Positions 10,426-19,942 are shown, numbered from the stretch's first letter. The stretch is DNA of 64,000 bases from an uncultured Bacteroidales bacterium (GCA_903959905.1 CAJBYO010000015.1:529-64528), one strand, 5' to 3'. Numbers and translations are program-made. The notes: generated by a model from the sequence alone, not told the origin.

Positions 10426-11529
10426 TTATGCGTCAAGTTTTGCAAGCGCATATGCATAAGCCCCAATAGATACGGCTTTGGATGTGCCAAGGCGGGAAAT
10501 TCCTGCGCCGATTTTTTTGTTAGGGTCAAAGCTGACAGTCCCGGAGGTGAAGGGGACAGGAATTTCCAAGGATGATGACTGAAGAAAGGAAGCCAGGCCG
10601 GATGCATCTTCAAGGTTGTAGGCAACAACCTCCATGCGTTCCAGCGGTTTGCCCGACATGGTATCATACGGAGCGTTCATCTCTTCCACGAGTTTCGGCA
10701 GGAAAATCGGGTAAGCTCCCGACAATCCCCCGCCTATGACCACGAGGCCGTCGAGCAGCGTGATGGCATTGGCGATTGCATCAGCGGCATCGCGTGCAAA
10801 AGCATGAAAAGCGTTGATGGCAGCCTGCCTGTCGCCTTTTGCTCTTCCCATCCCGATTTCAAAAATATCTTTTGGCTCAGGGCATGAGGCTATATTGAGG
10901 CCTGTATTGTTGGCGTATTCGCGTTTGATGCCCCGGATGCTGACGCTCTCTTCCACATCCCAGCTCTTAAAAGTGCGGTTCCGCATCCTGTTGATTTCGC
11001 CGCCTGAGCTGTTGTCGCCAAAAAGCAAACCGTTGCGGGTTACGATCCCACCGCCGAAACCGGTTCCGAAGGTAGCGCCAAACAGGTTCCTGTAACGCTT
11101 GGGATTTCCGGCCTCTTCCAGCTTCCGGTTGATATCAGGGAGCAGTCCGGCGATAGCCTCCCCGTAAGCAAAAAGGTCTCCGTCATTGTTGATGAAAACA
11201 GGGATGCCGAAAGTTGCCTGAAGCATCGGCCCCAGTGCAACGCCTCCTTTAAAGAAGGGGAGGTTCTGAAGGTCGCCGATGATGCCGTTTTCATAATCGG
11301 CAGGGCCCGGGAATGCAAAGCTGATGGCAACCGGCTTGTGAACCAGCTTGCTTTCAACCTGCCGGAATCCTTCAATGATCATTTTCAATACTTCCTCCAG
11401 GTTCGCTGCCCTGGCAGAAAGGATAATGGGCTCCAGTATCTCCTGTTCAGCCTGCACAGCGTTGAATACAAAATTGGTTCCCCCTGCGTCAAGGGTCATT
11501 ACCGTGCGGATGTCGTTTTTATATGTCAT
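10426..11529 (-). CDS. ROK-family sugar kinase
   Basis: TLDAGGTN ATP motif, FAFPGP, FINNDG, TFGTGFGGG, VIGGGLS; no N-terminal HTH. Confidence 0.88.
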   Translation of the reverse strand: MTYKNDIRTVMTLDAGGTNFVFNAVQAEQEILEPIILSARAANLEEVLKMIIEGFRQVESKLVHKPVAISFAFPGPADYENGIIGDLQNLPFFKGGVALGPMLQATFGIPVFINNDGDLFAYGEAIAGLLPDINRKLEEAGNPKRYRNLFGATFGTGFGGGIVTRNGLLFGDNSSGGEINRMRNRTFKSWDVEESVSIRGIKREYANNTGLNIASCPEPKDIFEIGMGRAKGDRQAAINAFHAFARDAADAIANAITLLDGLVVIGGGLSGAYPIFLPKLVEEMNAPYDTMSGKPLERMEVVAYNLEDASGLASFLQSSSLEIPVPFTSGTVSFDPNKKIGAGISRLGTSKAVSIGAYAYALAKLDA

Positions 11530-11547
11530 AGAATATTGAATTCAAAA

Positions 11548-11572
11548 ATTTTCACTATTTCACCATTTCACC
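11548..11572 (-). repeat. GGTGAAAT-type octamer tandem (3 copies) just after the polA stop
   Basis: Minus strand reads ggtgaaat ggtgaaat agtgaaa. Confidence 0.65.
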
Positions 11573-11576
11573 TTCT

Positions 11577-14474
11577 CTAATGCGCTTCCAGCCAGTTCTT
11601 CCCCGTATTCATCTCCACCAGCACCGGCACATTCAGCTGAATTGCATTCTGCATTCCGTTGACAACGACGGGTTTAAGTATTTCAACTTCCTCCTTGTGC
11701 ACATCAAAAACAAGTTCGTCGTGCACCTGCAGGATCATACGCGAACGCAGGTTCATCTGTTCCATCTCGTTGAAGATGTTGATCATGGCGATCTTGATCA
11801 TGTCGGCAGCGGTTCCCTGGATGGGGGCATTGATGGCATTTCGTTCTGCAAAGCTTCGTATCGTTGCATTGCCGGAGGTGATGTCGCGCAGGTAACGACG
11901 GCGCTTCATCATCGTTTCAACATATCCGTGTTCACGGGCCGAGGTGATTGTATTGTCCATATATGCCTTGATACCGGGGTACTTCACAAAATACTGGTGA
12001 ATGATCTCAGCGGCTTCCTTTCGGGCTATGTTCAACCGTTCGGAAAGTCCGAAAGCTGAAATGCCGTAAATGATCCCGAAGTTTACCATCTTGGCGTTGC
12101 GCCGCATCTCTTTGGTGACATCGGCGAGTGCGACACCGTAAACTTTTGCAGCGGTGGCAGCATGGATGTCTATTCCGAGGTTGAAATCCTCAATCATCCC
12201 CGCATCGCCGCTCAGATGGGCGATGATCCGCAGTTCAATCTGGGAGTAGTCGGCAGAGAGCAACACAAAGTTGTCATTCCGTGGTACGAATGCCTTCCGG
12301 ATTTCACGTCCTTTTTCCGTCCTGATGGGGATATTCTGAAGATTCGGGTTATTGGAGCTGAGGCGCCCGGTGGCTGCAACTGCCTGGTTGTACGACGTGT
12401 GCACCCGGCCATCCCTGGGATTGACCAGCGTTGGCAACACATCAACGTAGGTTGATTTCAGTTTTGTCAGCGACCGGTATTCGAGTATTTTGTTGATGAT
12501 GGGGTGCTTGTGTTCAAGTTTGGCAAGCACGTCTTCACTTGTGCTGTACTGTTTGGTTTTGGTCTGCTTGGGATTTTCAACAATACGCAGCTTTTCATAC
12601 AGGATATCACCCAGTTGCTTCGGGGAGGAAACATTGAACTTCACACCTGCATCTTCGTAAATGGAAGATTCCAGGATCCTGATCTCTTTTTCCAGCTCGG
12701 CAGAGTATTCATTGAGGGTTTTCGGATCAATTCTCACCCCGTCGGCCTCCATGGATGCCAGCACCGGGATGAGCGGCACTTCTATTTTATCAAAAAGATC
12801 GCGGGTGTCGGATGCCTTCAGCATGGGCTCAAAGACCTCCTTCAGGCGGAAGGTCACATCCGCATCCTCTGCGGCATATTCCTTAACGGTTTCAATGTCA
12901 ACAGAGCGCATGCTCAGCTGGTTCTGCCCTTTTTTCCCGATCAGTTCCTCAATGGAAACCGGCTTGTATTCAAGATAGGTTTCGGCGAGCAGGTCCATGC
13001 CGTGACGCATGTCGGGCTGTATCAGGTAATGAGCCAGCATCGTATCAAAAAGCGGCCCCCTGACGATTACATCGTACCATTTCAGGATGGAGATGTCAAA
13101 TTTCAGGTTCTGACCGATCTTCTGAATTGTTTCATTTTCCAGAACAGGCTTGAAGGCTGAAACGATGGCCTGTGCGTCGGCATACAGGTCCGGCAGAGGA
13201 ACATAATATGCCTCATGCGGCTGCCATGCAAACGACATTCCTACCAGCTCAGCTGTATTTGGGTTTATGCCGGTCGTCTCGGTATCAAAACAGAATGATT
13301 TTTGTTTCTCAAGTTGCGTAACAAGTGCCAGCCTCTTTTCTTCCGTATCAGCGAGAATATAATTGTGAGGAGTTGAATGAATGTCATAAAGCCCGTCGCC
13401 CGCTTCCGGCAATTCGTCATTCGTCATTCGTAATTCGTCATTCTTCTTTTCCGTTACTGTTGCAAACGCCTCCGGTTCTCCTGAAAACAAATCCCCCATC
13501 AAAGAAGATCCGGCCTGCTCCCTCTTATTTTGCACTTTGCCCCTTGCACTTTGCATTTTGACCTCTACCGGCGCCTCTACTCCTTTTGAAAGGAACGTTG
13601 TCAACCTTTGTGCAAACGTTCTGAATTCCAGCTCATCAAACAGTTTTTTCAGCCGTTCCTCGTCGGGATGTTCCATGATCAGCCGACTTTCGTCAAATTC
13701 AATTGGAACATCCAGGATGATGGTGGCGAGTTGCTTTGACATCAGTGCCTGGTCCTGGAATTCAATGACTTTCTGCCGGAGTTTTTCATTGGGGATCTTA
13801 TCTGCGTTGGCGATCAGGTTTTCAATGGAATCAAACTCTGCAAGCAGTTTTTTGGCAGTGACTTCACCTACGCCGGGGATTCCCGGGATGTTGTCGGAGG
13901 CATCGCCCCACAATCCCAGGATGTCGATCACCTGTTCCGGGCGCTGAATGCTGAATTTTTCGCACACTTCTTTAACTCCCAGAATCTCTACATCGCTGCC
14001 GAATTTCCCGGGTTTGTAAATGAAGGTGCGGTCGCTGACAAGCTGCCCGAAATCCTTGTCGGAGGTCATCATATAGGTCTCAAAACCATGCTTTTCAGCC
14101 TGTTTAGCCAGTGTTCCGATCACATCGTCGGCTTCATAGCCATCCACAAAAAGTGTTGGGATGTTGAATCCCTCAATAAGTTCATGAATATAAGGCAGGG
14201 AGTTTATAATATCTTCCGGTGTTTCCTGGCGGTGTGCCTTATAAGCCTCAAACCCGATTTTCCGCACCGTTGGGGCCATGGTGTCAAAAGCTACACCGAT
14301 GTGTGTGGGTTTTTCTTTTTTAAGCAGGTCAAGAATAATGTTGGCGAATCCGAAAATGGCGGAGGTGTTCACCCCTTTTGAACTCATCCTGGGGTTTTTG
14401 TTGAACGCGAAATATGCCCTGTAGATCAGGGCCATGGCATCAAGAAGGAATAATTTTTTCGCCGGTTGCTGCAT
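11577..14474 (-). CDS. polA: DNA polymerase I
   Basis: 5'-3' exonuclease (LLDAMALIYRAY, YEADD), 3'-5' exonuclease (FDTETT), polymerase motifs (SSNNPNLQNIP, ADYSQIELR, RRNAKMVNFGIIYG, LQVHDELVF). Confidence 0.98.
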   Translation of the reverse strand: MQQPAKKLFLLDAMALIYRAYFAFNKNPRMSSKGVNTSAIFGFANIILDLLKKEKPTHIGVAFDTMAPTVRKIGFEAYKAHRQETPEDIINSLPYIHELIEGFNIPTLFVDGYEADDVIGTLAKQAEKHGFETYMMTSDKDFGQLVSDRTFIYKPGKFGSDVEILGVKEVCEKFSIQRPEQVIDILGLWGDASDNIPGIPGVGEVTAKKLLAEFDSIENLIANADKIPNEKLRQKVIEFQDQALMSKQLATIILDVPIEFDESRLIMEHPDEERLKKLFDELEFRTFAQRLTTFLSKGVEAPVEVKMQSARGKVQNKREQAGSSLMGDLFSGEPEAFATVTEKKNDELRMTNDELPEAGDGLYDIHSTPHNYILADTEEKRLALVTQLEKQKSFCFDTETTGINPNTAELVGMSFAWQPHEAYYVPLPDLYADAQAIVSAFKPVLENETIQKIGQNLKFDISILKWYDVIVRGPLFDTMLAHYLIQPDMRHGMDLLAETYLEYKPVSIEELIGKKGQNQLSMRSVDIETVKEYAAEDADVTFRLKEVFEPMLKASDTRDLFDKIEVPLIPVLASMEADGVRIDPKTLNEYSAELEKEIRILESSIYEDAGVKFNVSSPKQLGDILYEKLRIVENPKQTKTKQYSTSEDVLAKLEHKHPIINKILEYRSLTKLKSTYVDVLPTLVNPRDGRVHTSYNQAVAATGRLSSNNPNLQNIPIRTEKGREIRKAFVPRNDNFVLLSADYSQIELRIIAHLSGDAGMIEDFNLGIDIHAATAAKVYGVALADVTKEMRRNAKMVNFGIIYGISAFGLSERLNIARKEAAEIIHQYFVKYPGIKAYMDNTITSAREHGYVETMMKRRRYLRDITSGNATIRSFAERNAINAPIQGTAADMIKIAMINIFNEMEQMNLRSRMILQVHDELVFDVHKEEVEILKPVVVNGMQNAIQLNVPVLVEMNTGKNWLEAH
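13411..13443. repeat. Heptamer tandem (a/c)attcgt inside the polA linker
   Basis: aattcgt cattcgt cattcgt aattcgt cattc, translated as part of KNDELRMTNDEL. Confidence 0.8.
13527..13560. repeat. Heptamer tandem (actttgc-like) inside the polA linker
   Basis: attttgc actttgc cccttgc actttgc attttg, translated as KMQSARGKVQN. Confidence 0.7.
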
Positions 14475-14551
14475 TGACAGGATGTGATTATTTGGGTGTG
14501 GTTAAGCGTGCATAAAATTAGCGTAAATTTTTTGTTTTCAATCTTTGAATG

Positions 14552-14559
14552 TAACTTTG
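14552..14559 (+). promoter_or_regulatory. Bacteroidota -7 box (TAACTTTG)
   Basis: TAnnTTTG match 16 nt upstream of ATG 14576. Confidence 0.6.
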
Positions 14560-14575
14560 AGAAAAATCAATTGCC

Positions 14576-15091
14576 ATGAGATTTTACGAGATTAAAAAAG
14601 GAAACCATTCTGCTTCCATGAGCTTTTTTGAAAAACTGGGCGGAATCGGCTGGAAGATCAAGACCATGTCGCTGCGGTTTGTGTTCCGCAAGGAGTGCTG
14701 GTGGACGCCGGCACGAAACCAGGACGACTACGACCAGAACAAGCTGGCCGGGATCGGCTTCGGAACCAACCATCATAACAATTCAGTCAGGCTGACCTGG
14801 GTTCCCGATTTCGCCCATGAAGGAATGATCAATATTTCCGGTTATACCTATGATGAAAAAAAGGCGGGGCAGAAGTTCACCATCGTTTTTATCAAATCGG
14901 TTCACATCGGGGAAACCGTCACCGGCAGGATAGAAAGCAGGGATGGCGGCTATTTTATTACAGTAAATGATGTGACAGTAAAAATGGACAACATCAAGGC
15001 TGATCCGAACCTCTGTTTCAGGCTTTATCCTTATTTCGGAGGGAACAATACTGCCCCGCATAATATGACCATTGAGCTGGAGATGGGCTGA
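14576..15091 (+). CDS. Hypothetical protein, predicted beta-rich
   Basis: 171-aa ATG ORF with its own -7 box; motifs NKLAGIGF, HHNNSVR, LYPYFGG; no signal peptide. Confidence 0.8.
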   Translation: MRFYEIKKGNHSASMSFFEKLGGIGWKIKTMSLRFVFRKECWWTPARNQDDYDQNKLAGIGFGTNHHNNSVRLTWVPDFAHEGMINISGYTYDEKKAGQKFTIVFIKSVHIGETVTGRIESRDGGYFITVNDVTVKMDNIKADPNLCFRLYPYFGGNNTAPHNMTIELEMG

Positions 15092-15168
15092 TCTTTGGCG
15101 GGATTTCATTAACAGCATTCTGTTTATATCTTCTGTTGACGGTGGGCACCAACCCGCGATTCTTATCT

Positions 15169-15176
15169 TACATTTG
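15169..15176 (+). promoter_or_regulatory. Bacteroidota -7 box (TACATTTG)
   Basis: TAnnTTTG match 20 nt upstream of the PhoH-family ATG. Confidence 0.55.
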
Positions 15177-15196
15177 ACCATACCAAAACCCGCCCC

Positions 15197-16534
15197 ATGG
15201 TAGCAAAAAAACTGAAGACAAAGAAGATATTTGTACTCGATACCTCTGTAATCCTTTACAACCATAGCGCAATCCGAAGTTTTGACGACAACGATGTGGC
15301 CATTCCCATCACGGTGCTGGAGGAACTTGACAATTTCAAGAAGGGCAATGATACCATCAATTTTGAAGCCCGCGAATTCATACGCATCATTGATAAATTA
15401 TCCAACAAAGCGACGCTCACCAAATGGATTTCCCTCGGCATGCCCAAAGGCGGGAAGTTCAAGGTGGTGATGAATGAGCAGAGTGAACTGGATGCAGTAA
15501 AGGTATTTGGCGAAAACAAGCCCGATCACCGGATCCTGAATGCAGCGCTGGTGATGATGGCAGAAAATCCGGGGAAAAAGGTCATCCTGGTTTCCAAGGA
15601 TGTAAACCTGCGCCTGAAAGCCAAATCATTGAATATCTCTGCCGAAGATTTTGAAACAGGCAAGATCAAAGATGTAGAGGGGTTGTATTCAGGGAAAACG
15701 CTGGTGGAAGGCCTTGATAAAACCATCATTGACATCATTTATGAAGCTGGATGGTGCCTCCCGGAAGATATCGGCATCAAAAACCCCATCCCGAACCACT
15801 ATTTCATCCTGAAGAACGGGAAAAGTTCGGTGCTGGCATTTTACAACCCGTTGACCGAGCGGATTGAAAAGATTGAAAAGAAGGGCTGTTACAAGATCAG
15901 CCCGAGGAATGCCGAGCAGGTTTTTGCCATGCATGCCATCCTGAATCCCAACGTGAAGCTGGTCACCATGCAGGGTATTGCCGGCACCGGGAAAACGTTG
16001 CTGGCATTGGCCGGGGCACTGGAACAGAAGCGTAATTTCAAGCAGATCTACCTGGCCAGGCCGATTGTCCCCCTGAGTAACAAAGATATCGGGTACCTGC
16101 CGGGCGACATCAAATCAAAACTTGATCCCTACATGCAACCGTTGTGGGACAACCTGAAATTCATCCAGAACCAGTTCAGCGAAAAGGACAAGGAGTACAA
16201 AATTCTCACAGAGGCGGTGGAAAACGAAAAACTGGTGATCACCCCGCTGGCCTATATCCGTGGCAGAAGCATTTCAAATGTGTGCTTTATTGTGGATGAG
16301 GCGCAAAACCTGACTCCCCATGAAGTAAAGACCATCATCACCCGGGCCGGGGAGAATACAAAGATCATCTTCACCGGGGATATTTACCAGATTGATACGC
16401 CCTACCTGGATGCCCAGTCAAATGGGCTTTCCACGCTGATTGACAGGGTAAAGAAGCATGATATTTATGCACATATCAGGCTGGAAAAGGGAGAGCGGTC
16501 GGAGCTGGCGAATCTGGCGAATGAATTGCTTTAA
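15197..16534 (+). CDS. PIN-PhoH (PhoH2/YlaK-like) protein
   Basis: N-terminal PIN (VLDTSV, VLEELD, DHRIL, SKDVNLR) plus PhoH ATPase (GIAGTGKT, YIRGRS, VDEAQN, TGDIYQID). Confidence 0.93.
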   Translation: MVAKKLKTKKIFVLDTSVILYNHSAIRSFDDNDVAIPITVLEELDNFKKGNDTINFEAREFIRIIDKLSNKATLTKWISLGMPKGGKFKVVMNEQSELDAVKVFGENKPDHRILNAALVMMAENPGKKVILVSKDVNLRLKAKSLNISAEDFETGKIKDVEGLYSGKTLVEGLDKTIIDIIYEAGWCLPEDIGIKNPIPNHYFILKNGKSSVLAFYNPLTERIEKIEKKGCYKISPRNAEQVFAMHAILNPNVKLVTMQGIAGTGKTLLALAGALEQKRNFKQIYLARPIVPLSNKDIGYLPGDIKSKLDPYMQPLWDNLKFIQNQFSEKDKEYKILTEAVENEKLVITPLAYIRGRSISNVCFIVDEAQNLTPHEVKTIITRAGENTKIIFTGDIYQIDTPYLDAQSNGLSTLIDRVKKHDIYAHIRLEKGERSELANLANELL

Positions 16535-16538
16535 TAAA

Positions 16539-16571
16539 TGGTGAGATGGTGAAATGGTGAGATGGTGAAAT
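16539..16571 (+). repeat. GGTGARAT octamer tandem (4 copies) between convergent genes
   Basis: ggtgagat ggtgaaat ggtgagat ggtgaaat fills the whole intergenic gap after the PhoH stop. Confidence 0.8.
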
Positions 16572-17569
16572 TAGTTTTCTTCGAAAATTACGGTAAGTAG
16601 GGTTTGTCCTACTACTTTCAGCGTATTTTTATCCAGTTTGTCGAAGGTGTCTTCGGTTGTGTGCCAGTATGGATAGAAGCCGGTCTGGCTGTTTTTATCC
16701 AGGTGGATCACGTCAATAGTGGGTATGTTCCTGATCTTGTTAATGGGAACGTGATCGTCGGTAATGAGGCCGCCATTTTCAAAAAGAAAGCTGGACGAAT
16801 ACCCAATCCGGTTCCCGGTAGTCCATACTGATTTTACGATGTCGGCAGCATACTGCATGGAAAACCCTTCCATGAGAAACGTCGCATTGGCAGCACCTAC
16901 CATGTCGAGCAGGATGCCATACTTGGCGACATAATCCTTTTTGTGCGGGTTTTCGGCCCAGTACTGTGCGCCTTGTCCCCAGAATTGTTCCGAATTGTCA
17001 AATGTCTGATCCTGCGGAGGGCCGTAATCTTCCACATCAAACAGGATGATGTCAACACCGATGGGAGGGGAGGCCATGCTCAACTGTCGGGCCACCTCAA
17101 TCAGCACACCAACGCCGCTGGCGCCATCGTTGGCACCGGCAACCGGTTTACGCCAGTTTTTCGGGTCGGGGTCGTGATCGGCATAAGGGCGGGAATCCCA
17201 GTGTGCGCACAGCAATATCCGGTTGTTTGTTTCCGGTTTAAAGCTTGCGATGATGTTCTGGAACTTCAATGCTGTTTTGTTGTAAGCATAAACCTGGCCT
17301 TTCTGAACGGTCACATGTTCTGTATAGGATTTCATTTTACCAATCAGGTATGTTGCACATTTATCATGTGCCGGGGTATTGGGAACCCTGGGGCCGAATG
17401 CAAGCTGGATCCTGCATGATTCAATGGCAGAATCGGCATTGAAATCAGGTACTGAGACCTTGGGCCCTGCAGGAACGGAATCCTGTTTTACATCTGCCTG
17501 TTTAGCTGGCTGGTTGCAGCTTGCGGCGAAAAGGGTGAGGGCAGTGAGGAGGGTTATCGTGTATCTCAT
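16571..17569 (-). CDS. M28-family lipoprotein, probable glutaminyl-peptide cyclotransferase
   Basis: Lipobox AASC; motifs AHWDSR, GANDGASGV, DVEDYG, LLDMVG, TDDH, WHT. Confidence 0.85.
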   Translation of the reverse strand: MRYTITLLTALTLFAASCNQPAKQADVKQDSVPAGPKVSVPDFNADSAIESCRIQLAFGPRVPNTPAHDKCATYLIGKMKSYTEHVTVQKGQVYAYNKTALKFQNIIASFKPETNNRILLCAHWDSRPYADHDPDPKNWRKPVAGANDGASGVGVLIEVARQLSMASPPIGVDIILFDVEDYGPPQDQTFDNSEQFWGQGAQYWAENPHKKDYVAKYGILLDMVGAANATFLMEGFSMQYAADIVKSVWTTGNRIGYSSSFLFENGGLITDDHVPINKIRNIPTIDVIHLDKNSQTGFYPYWHTTEDTFDKLDKNTLKVVGQTLLTVIFEEN

Positions 17570-17581
17570 GGGTGGTTTATG

Positions 17582-17624
17582 CCCCACCCCCGGCCCCTCC
17601 CCAAAAAGGGAGGGGAGGGTGGGC
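17582..17624. repeat. REP-like GC-rich palindrome
   Basis: ccccacccccgg-cccctccc-caaaaa-gggagggg-agggtggg; a related copy lies inside cysS. Confidence 0.75.
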
Positions 17625-17634
17625 GAATATAGGG

Positions 17635-18237
17635 TTATAGGTTTATTATTGGGGATGATTCGCCAAATTTGCCGCTGAAGACAAACTGGCTTAGTTCTTT
17701 GCGCGATCGTGGCTGGAGTTCACGTTGTTTAAGCTTTTCAGAAAGTGAGTCGGGTTCTCCGATATATCCCCCGGAGATCACCGTGAGTGGTTCATGCGTA
17801 TCGGGAATGCCAAAGAGTTCACAGGCTTTGTCGCCAGAGAAACCTCCCATCTGGTGCACGTAAATTCCCTGGTTCATGGCTTCCAGGCTCATGTGTGCCA
17901 CGGCCTGCCCGGTGTCATACTGAAAAACCGGGCTGATGTTGCCATCCCACGAGGAGATTTTATTCCCGACAGCAATGATGAGCAGGGGGACATGTTTATT
18001 CCATTCCTGGTTGCCTTCATTCAGGCATTTGAAAATTTTCTGCCAGGTTTCATCCCGGTTTACACCAACGATAAAGCTCCATGGCTGCTCATTCCCGCCT
18101 GAGGGCGACCAGCGGGCAGCTTCAAACATGCCGATCAGCTTTTCAGGCTCAACGGGCTTGTCGAGAAAGGCGCGGGGGCTCCATCTTCCTGCAGAAAGGT
18201 TGTTAATCGGAGAGGAGGTGATGGCTTGTTTGTTCAT
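17635..18237 (-). CDS. Nitroreductase family protein
   Basis: RWSPRAF, EAARWSPSGGNEQPW, YDTGQA, HQMGGF, RSRK. Confidence 0.9.
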   Translation of the reverse strand: MNKQAITSSPINNLSAGRWSPRAFLDKPVEPEKLIGMFEAARWSPSGGNEQPWSFIVGVNRDETWQKIFKCLNEGNQEWNKHVPLLIIAVGNKISSWDGNISPVFQYDTGQAVAHMSLEAMNQGIYVHQMGGFSGDKACELFGIPDTHEPLTVISGGYIGEPDSLSEKLKQRELQPRSRKELSQFVFSGKFGESSPIINL

Positions 18238-18254
18238 GGCAAGGGGTGGGTATA

Positions 18255-19901
18255 TTATTTGAAGTATTTTGTTTTAATGGACATTGCAATCGCAGTGATT
18301 ATCAGTATACCTGCAAGATATGAAAGAAACCGGGCAATATAGTCACCGTGTTTTACATAAAATGTGAGTTTGTCATTTGCATTGATGGTTCCTTTGATAA
18401 CCGCCGGAACCCAGTATGCGGTGGCCTGGTGAGCGTCGCCCCGCTGGTCAATGAAAGCCGAAATGCCGGTATTGGCCGACCTGGCAATGCTGCGGCGGGT
18501 TTCAATGGCCCGCAGGTGTGCAAATCCAAAGTGCTGGCGGTGACCAGCGGTATTGCCCCACCATGCGTCGTTGGTAATGATGATCATGATTTCTGCGCCG
18601 TTCCTGACGAATTCGGAAAAGAACTCACCAAAAATAGATTCATAACAGATTGCCGGCCCAACTCTAACCGTGCCGAACGTGGTATAAACTTTCCTCACTG
18701 AGTCCTGGCCGAGGCTGCCTACGGTGCCACCCAGGTTGATGGCAAATTTTTCAAGCCATTTGAATCCTTTGAATGATGGAAGTATCTCAACACCGGGGGT
18801 GAGTTTTGACTTATGGTACAGTTGCAGGGAGTCGCGGCTGTTGAGCAAAATGGCGGCATTGTACGCCGTGTAGTGTCCGTCGGTGTCGGTGAATTTCCTG
18901 GCCCATCGCGGCACGGGTTCGTCGGGGCGGATCTGGTAATACGTTGATCCGCCAACGAGCATGTTCAGGCCTGGATATGGTGCTATTCCCTGCTTCAGCA
19001 TGCGGATGCTGGTAAACCTTGTAATTTCATTCTCCCACATCTCCTCCTGGATGGAAGACTCGGGAGCCACCAGGAAATTGGTGTTACTGTCCAGTGCCGG
19101 TGTTGCCAGTTTCATGATCTTTCCGATCACGGTGGCAGGAGGAAGGGTATACTGCTCGGAATAGGGGTCAATATTGGGCTGTACCACCACGAAATTAACC
19201 GGTCTCTTTTGTTCGGTGTAGGTCGCGTAGGTGTAATATGAATAGGCTATCGGAGCCGCAATCCAGAGAAAAAGGAATATTGAATATTGAACAACGAATT
19301 TTGAATTTTGAAGTTTGTGCTTCCAGGATGCATTCCCTGCATTCTGAATCAACAAACCCTTCACTATCCCAAACCCCGCCAGGTTGCCCACCAGCACCCA
19401 CACCGTTCCCCCAATCGTTCCCGTATATTCATACCACTGAACCCATTTGTAATAGCTGGCGAACCCGTTGCCCAGGTTAAGCCAGGGCCAGTTAAGGTCC
19501 CAGTTGAGATGGAGATACTCCAGGGAGACCCAGTAGGCCAATAACGAGGCAAACCCTGCCAGGGTGCTGTTCAGCTTCCTTCTGGTAAAGTGAAACGCTT
19601 GAAAAACAATGGCCTGAAAAAGAGAATTCAGCACAATAGCCAGCAATGCCCCGGTGAAGGTGGAGTTCACGATCCACCAGGTGGTGAGAAGGTTCCAGAG
19701 GAAAAACCCAGGGTAAGAATACAAGAGGGCGCTGAATTTCCCAAACTCATGTCTGCGTTTGGTCATCTCTTCTTCCAGGATCAGCATGGGGACGAGCCCG
19801 ATAAACAGCAGGCCGGGGAAGCCACGCTCGGGCCAGCCCAGTGAAAGGAGCAGGCCGCTTAGGAGGCTGAACAGGAGAAGGTGTGTTTTGCGGAGTTTCA
19901 A
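18255..19901 (-). CDS. lnt: Apolipoprotein N-acyltransferase
   Basis: TM region (WPWLNLG, QWYEYTG), nitrilase triad VAPES / YHKSKL / ICYES, ITNDAWW, RSANTGISA. Start placed at TTG 19901, downstream of a -7 box; the ORF-track extension is repeat-derived. Confidence 0.9.
   Translation of the reverse strand: MKLRKTHLLLFSLLSGLLLSLGWPERGFPGLLFIGLVPMLILEEEMTKRRHEFGKFSALLYSYPGFFLWNLLTTWWIVNSTFTGALLAIVLNSLFQAIVFQAFHFTRRKLNSTLAGFASLLAYWVSLEYLHLNWDLNWPWLNLGNGFASYYKWVQWYEYTGTIGGTVWVLVGNLAGFGIVKGLLIQNAGNASWKHKLQNSKFVVQYSIFLFLWIAAPIAYSYYTYATYTEQKRPVNFVVVQPNIDPYSEQYTLPPATVIGKIMKLATPALDSNTNFLVAPESSIQEEMWENEITRFTSIRMLKQGIAPYPGLNMLVGGSTYYQIRPDEPVPRWARKFTDTDGHYTAYNAAILLNSRDSLQLYHKSKLTPGVEILPSFKGFKWLEKFAINLGGTVGSLGQDSVRKVYTTFGTVRVGPAICYESIFGEFFSEFVRNGAEIMIIITNDAWWGNTAGHRQHFGFAHLRAIETRRSIARSANTGISAFIDQRGDAHQATAYWVPAVIKGTINANDKLTFYVKHGDYIARFLSYLAGILIITAIAMSIKTKYFK
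19275..19317. repeat. Heptamer tandem (gaatatt/gaatttt) inside lnt
   Basis: gaatatt gaatatt gaacaac gaatttt gaatttt gaagttt, translated as KLQNSKFVVQYSIF. Confidence 0.7.
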
Positions 19902-19925
19902 GGTGGATGGGTGTAGATTCTGGTG

Positions 19926-19933
19926 CAAAGGTA
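19926..19933 (-). promoter_or_regulatory. Bacteroidota -7 box (TACCTTTG) for lnt
   Basis: TAnnTTTG match 24 nt upstream of the proposed TTG start. Confidence 0.6.
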
Positions 19934-19942
19934 AATAAAAAG

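Noticed and set aside
11580..14381. Many 60-220 aa ORFs antisense to or nested in long genes (here polA, likewise throughout the window)
   Set aside because: They overlap well-supported CDSs and have no motifs; expected shadow ORFs.
15197..16534. phoH as a prophage marker
   Set aside because: It is the chromosomal PIN-PhoH fusion and there are no phage genes nearby.
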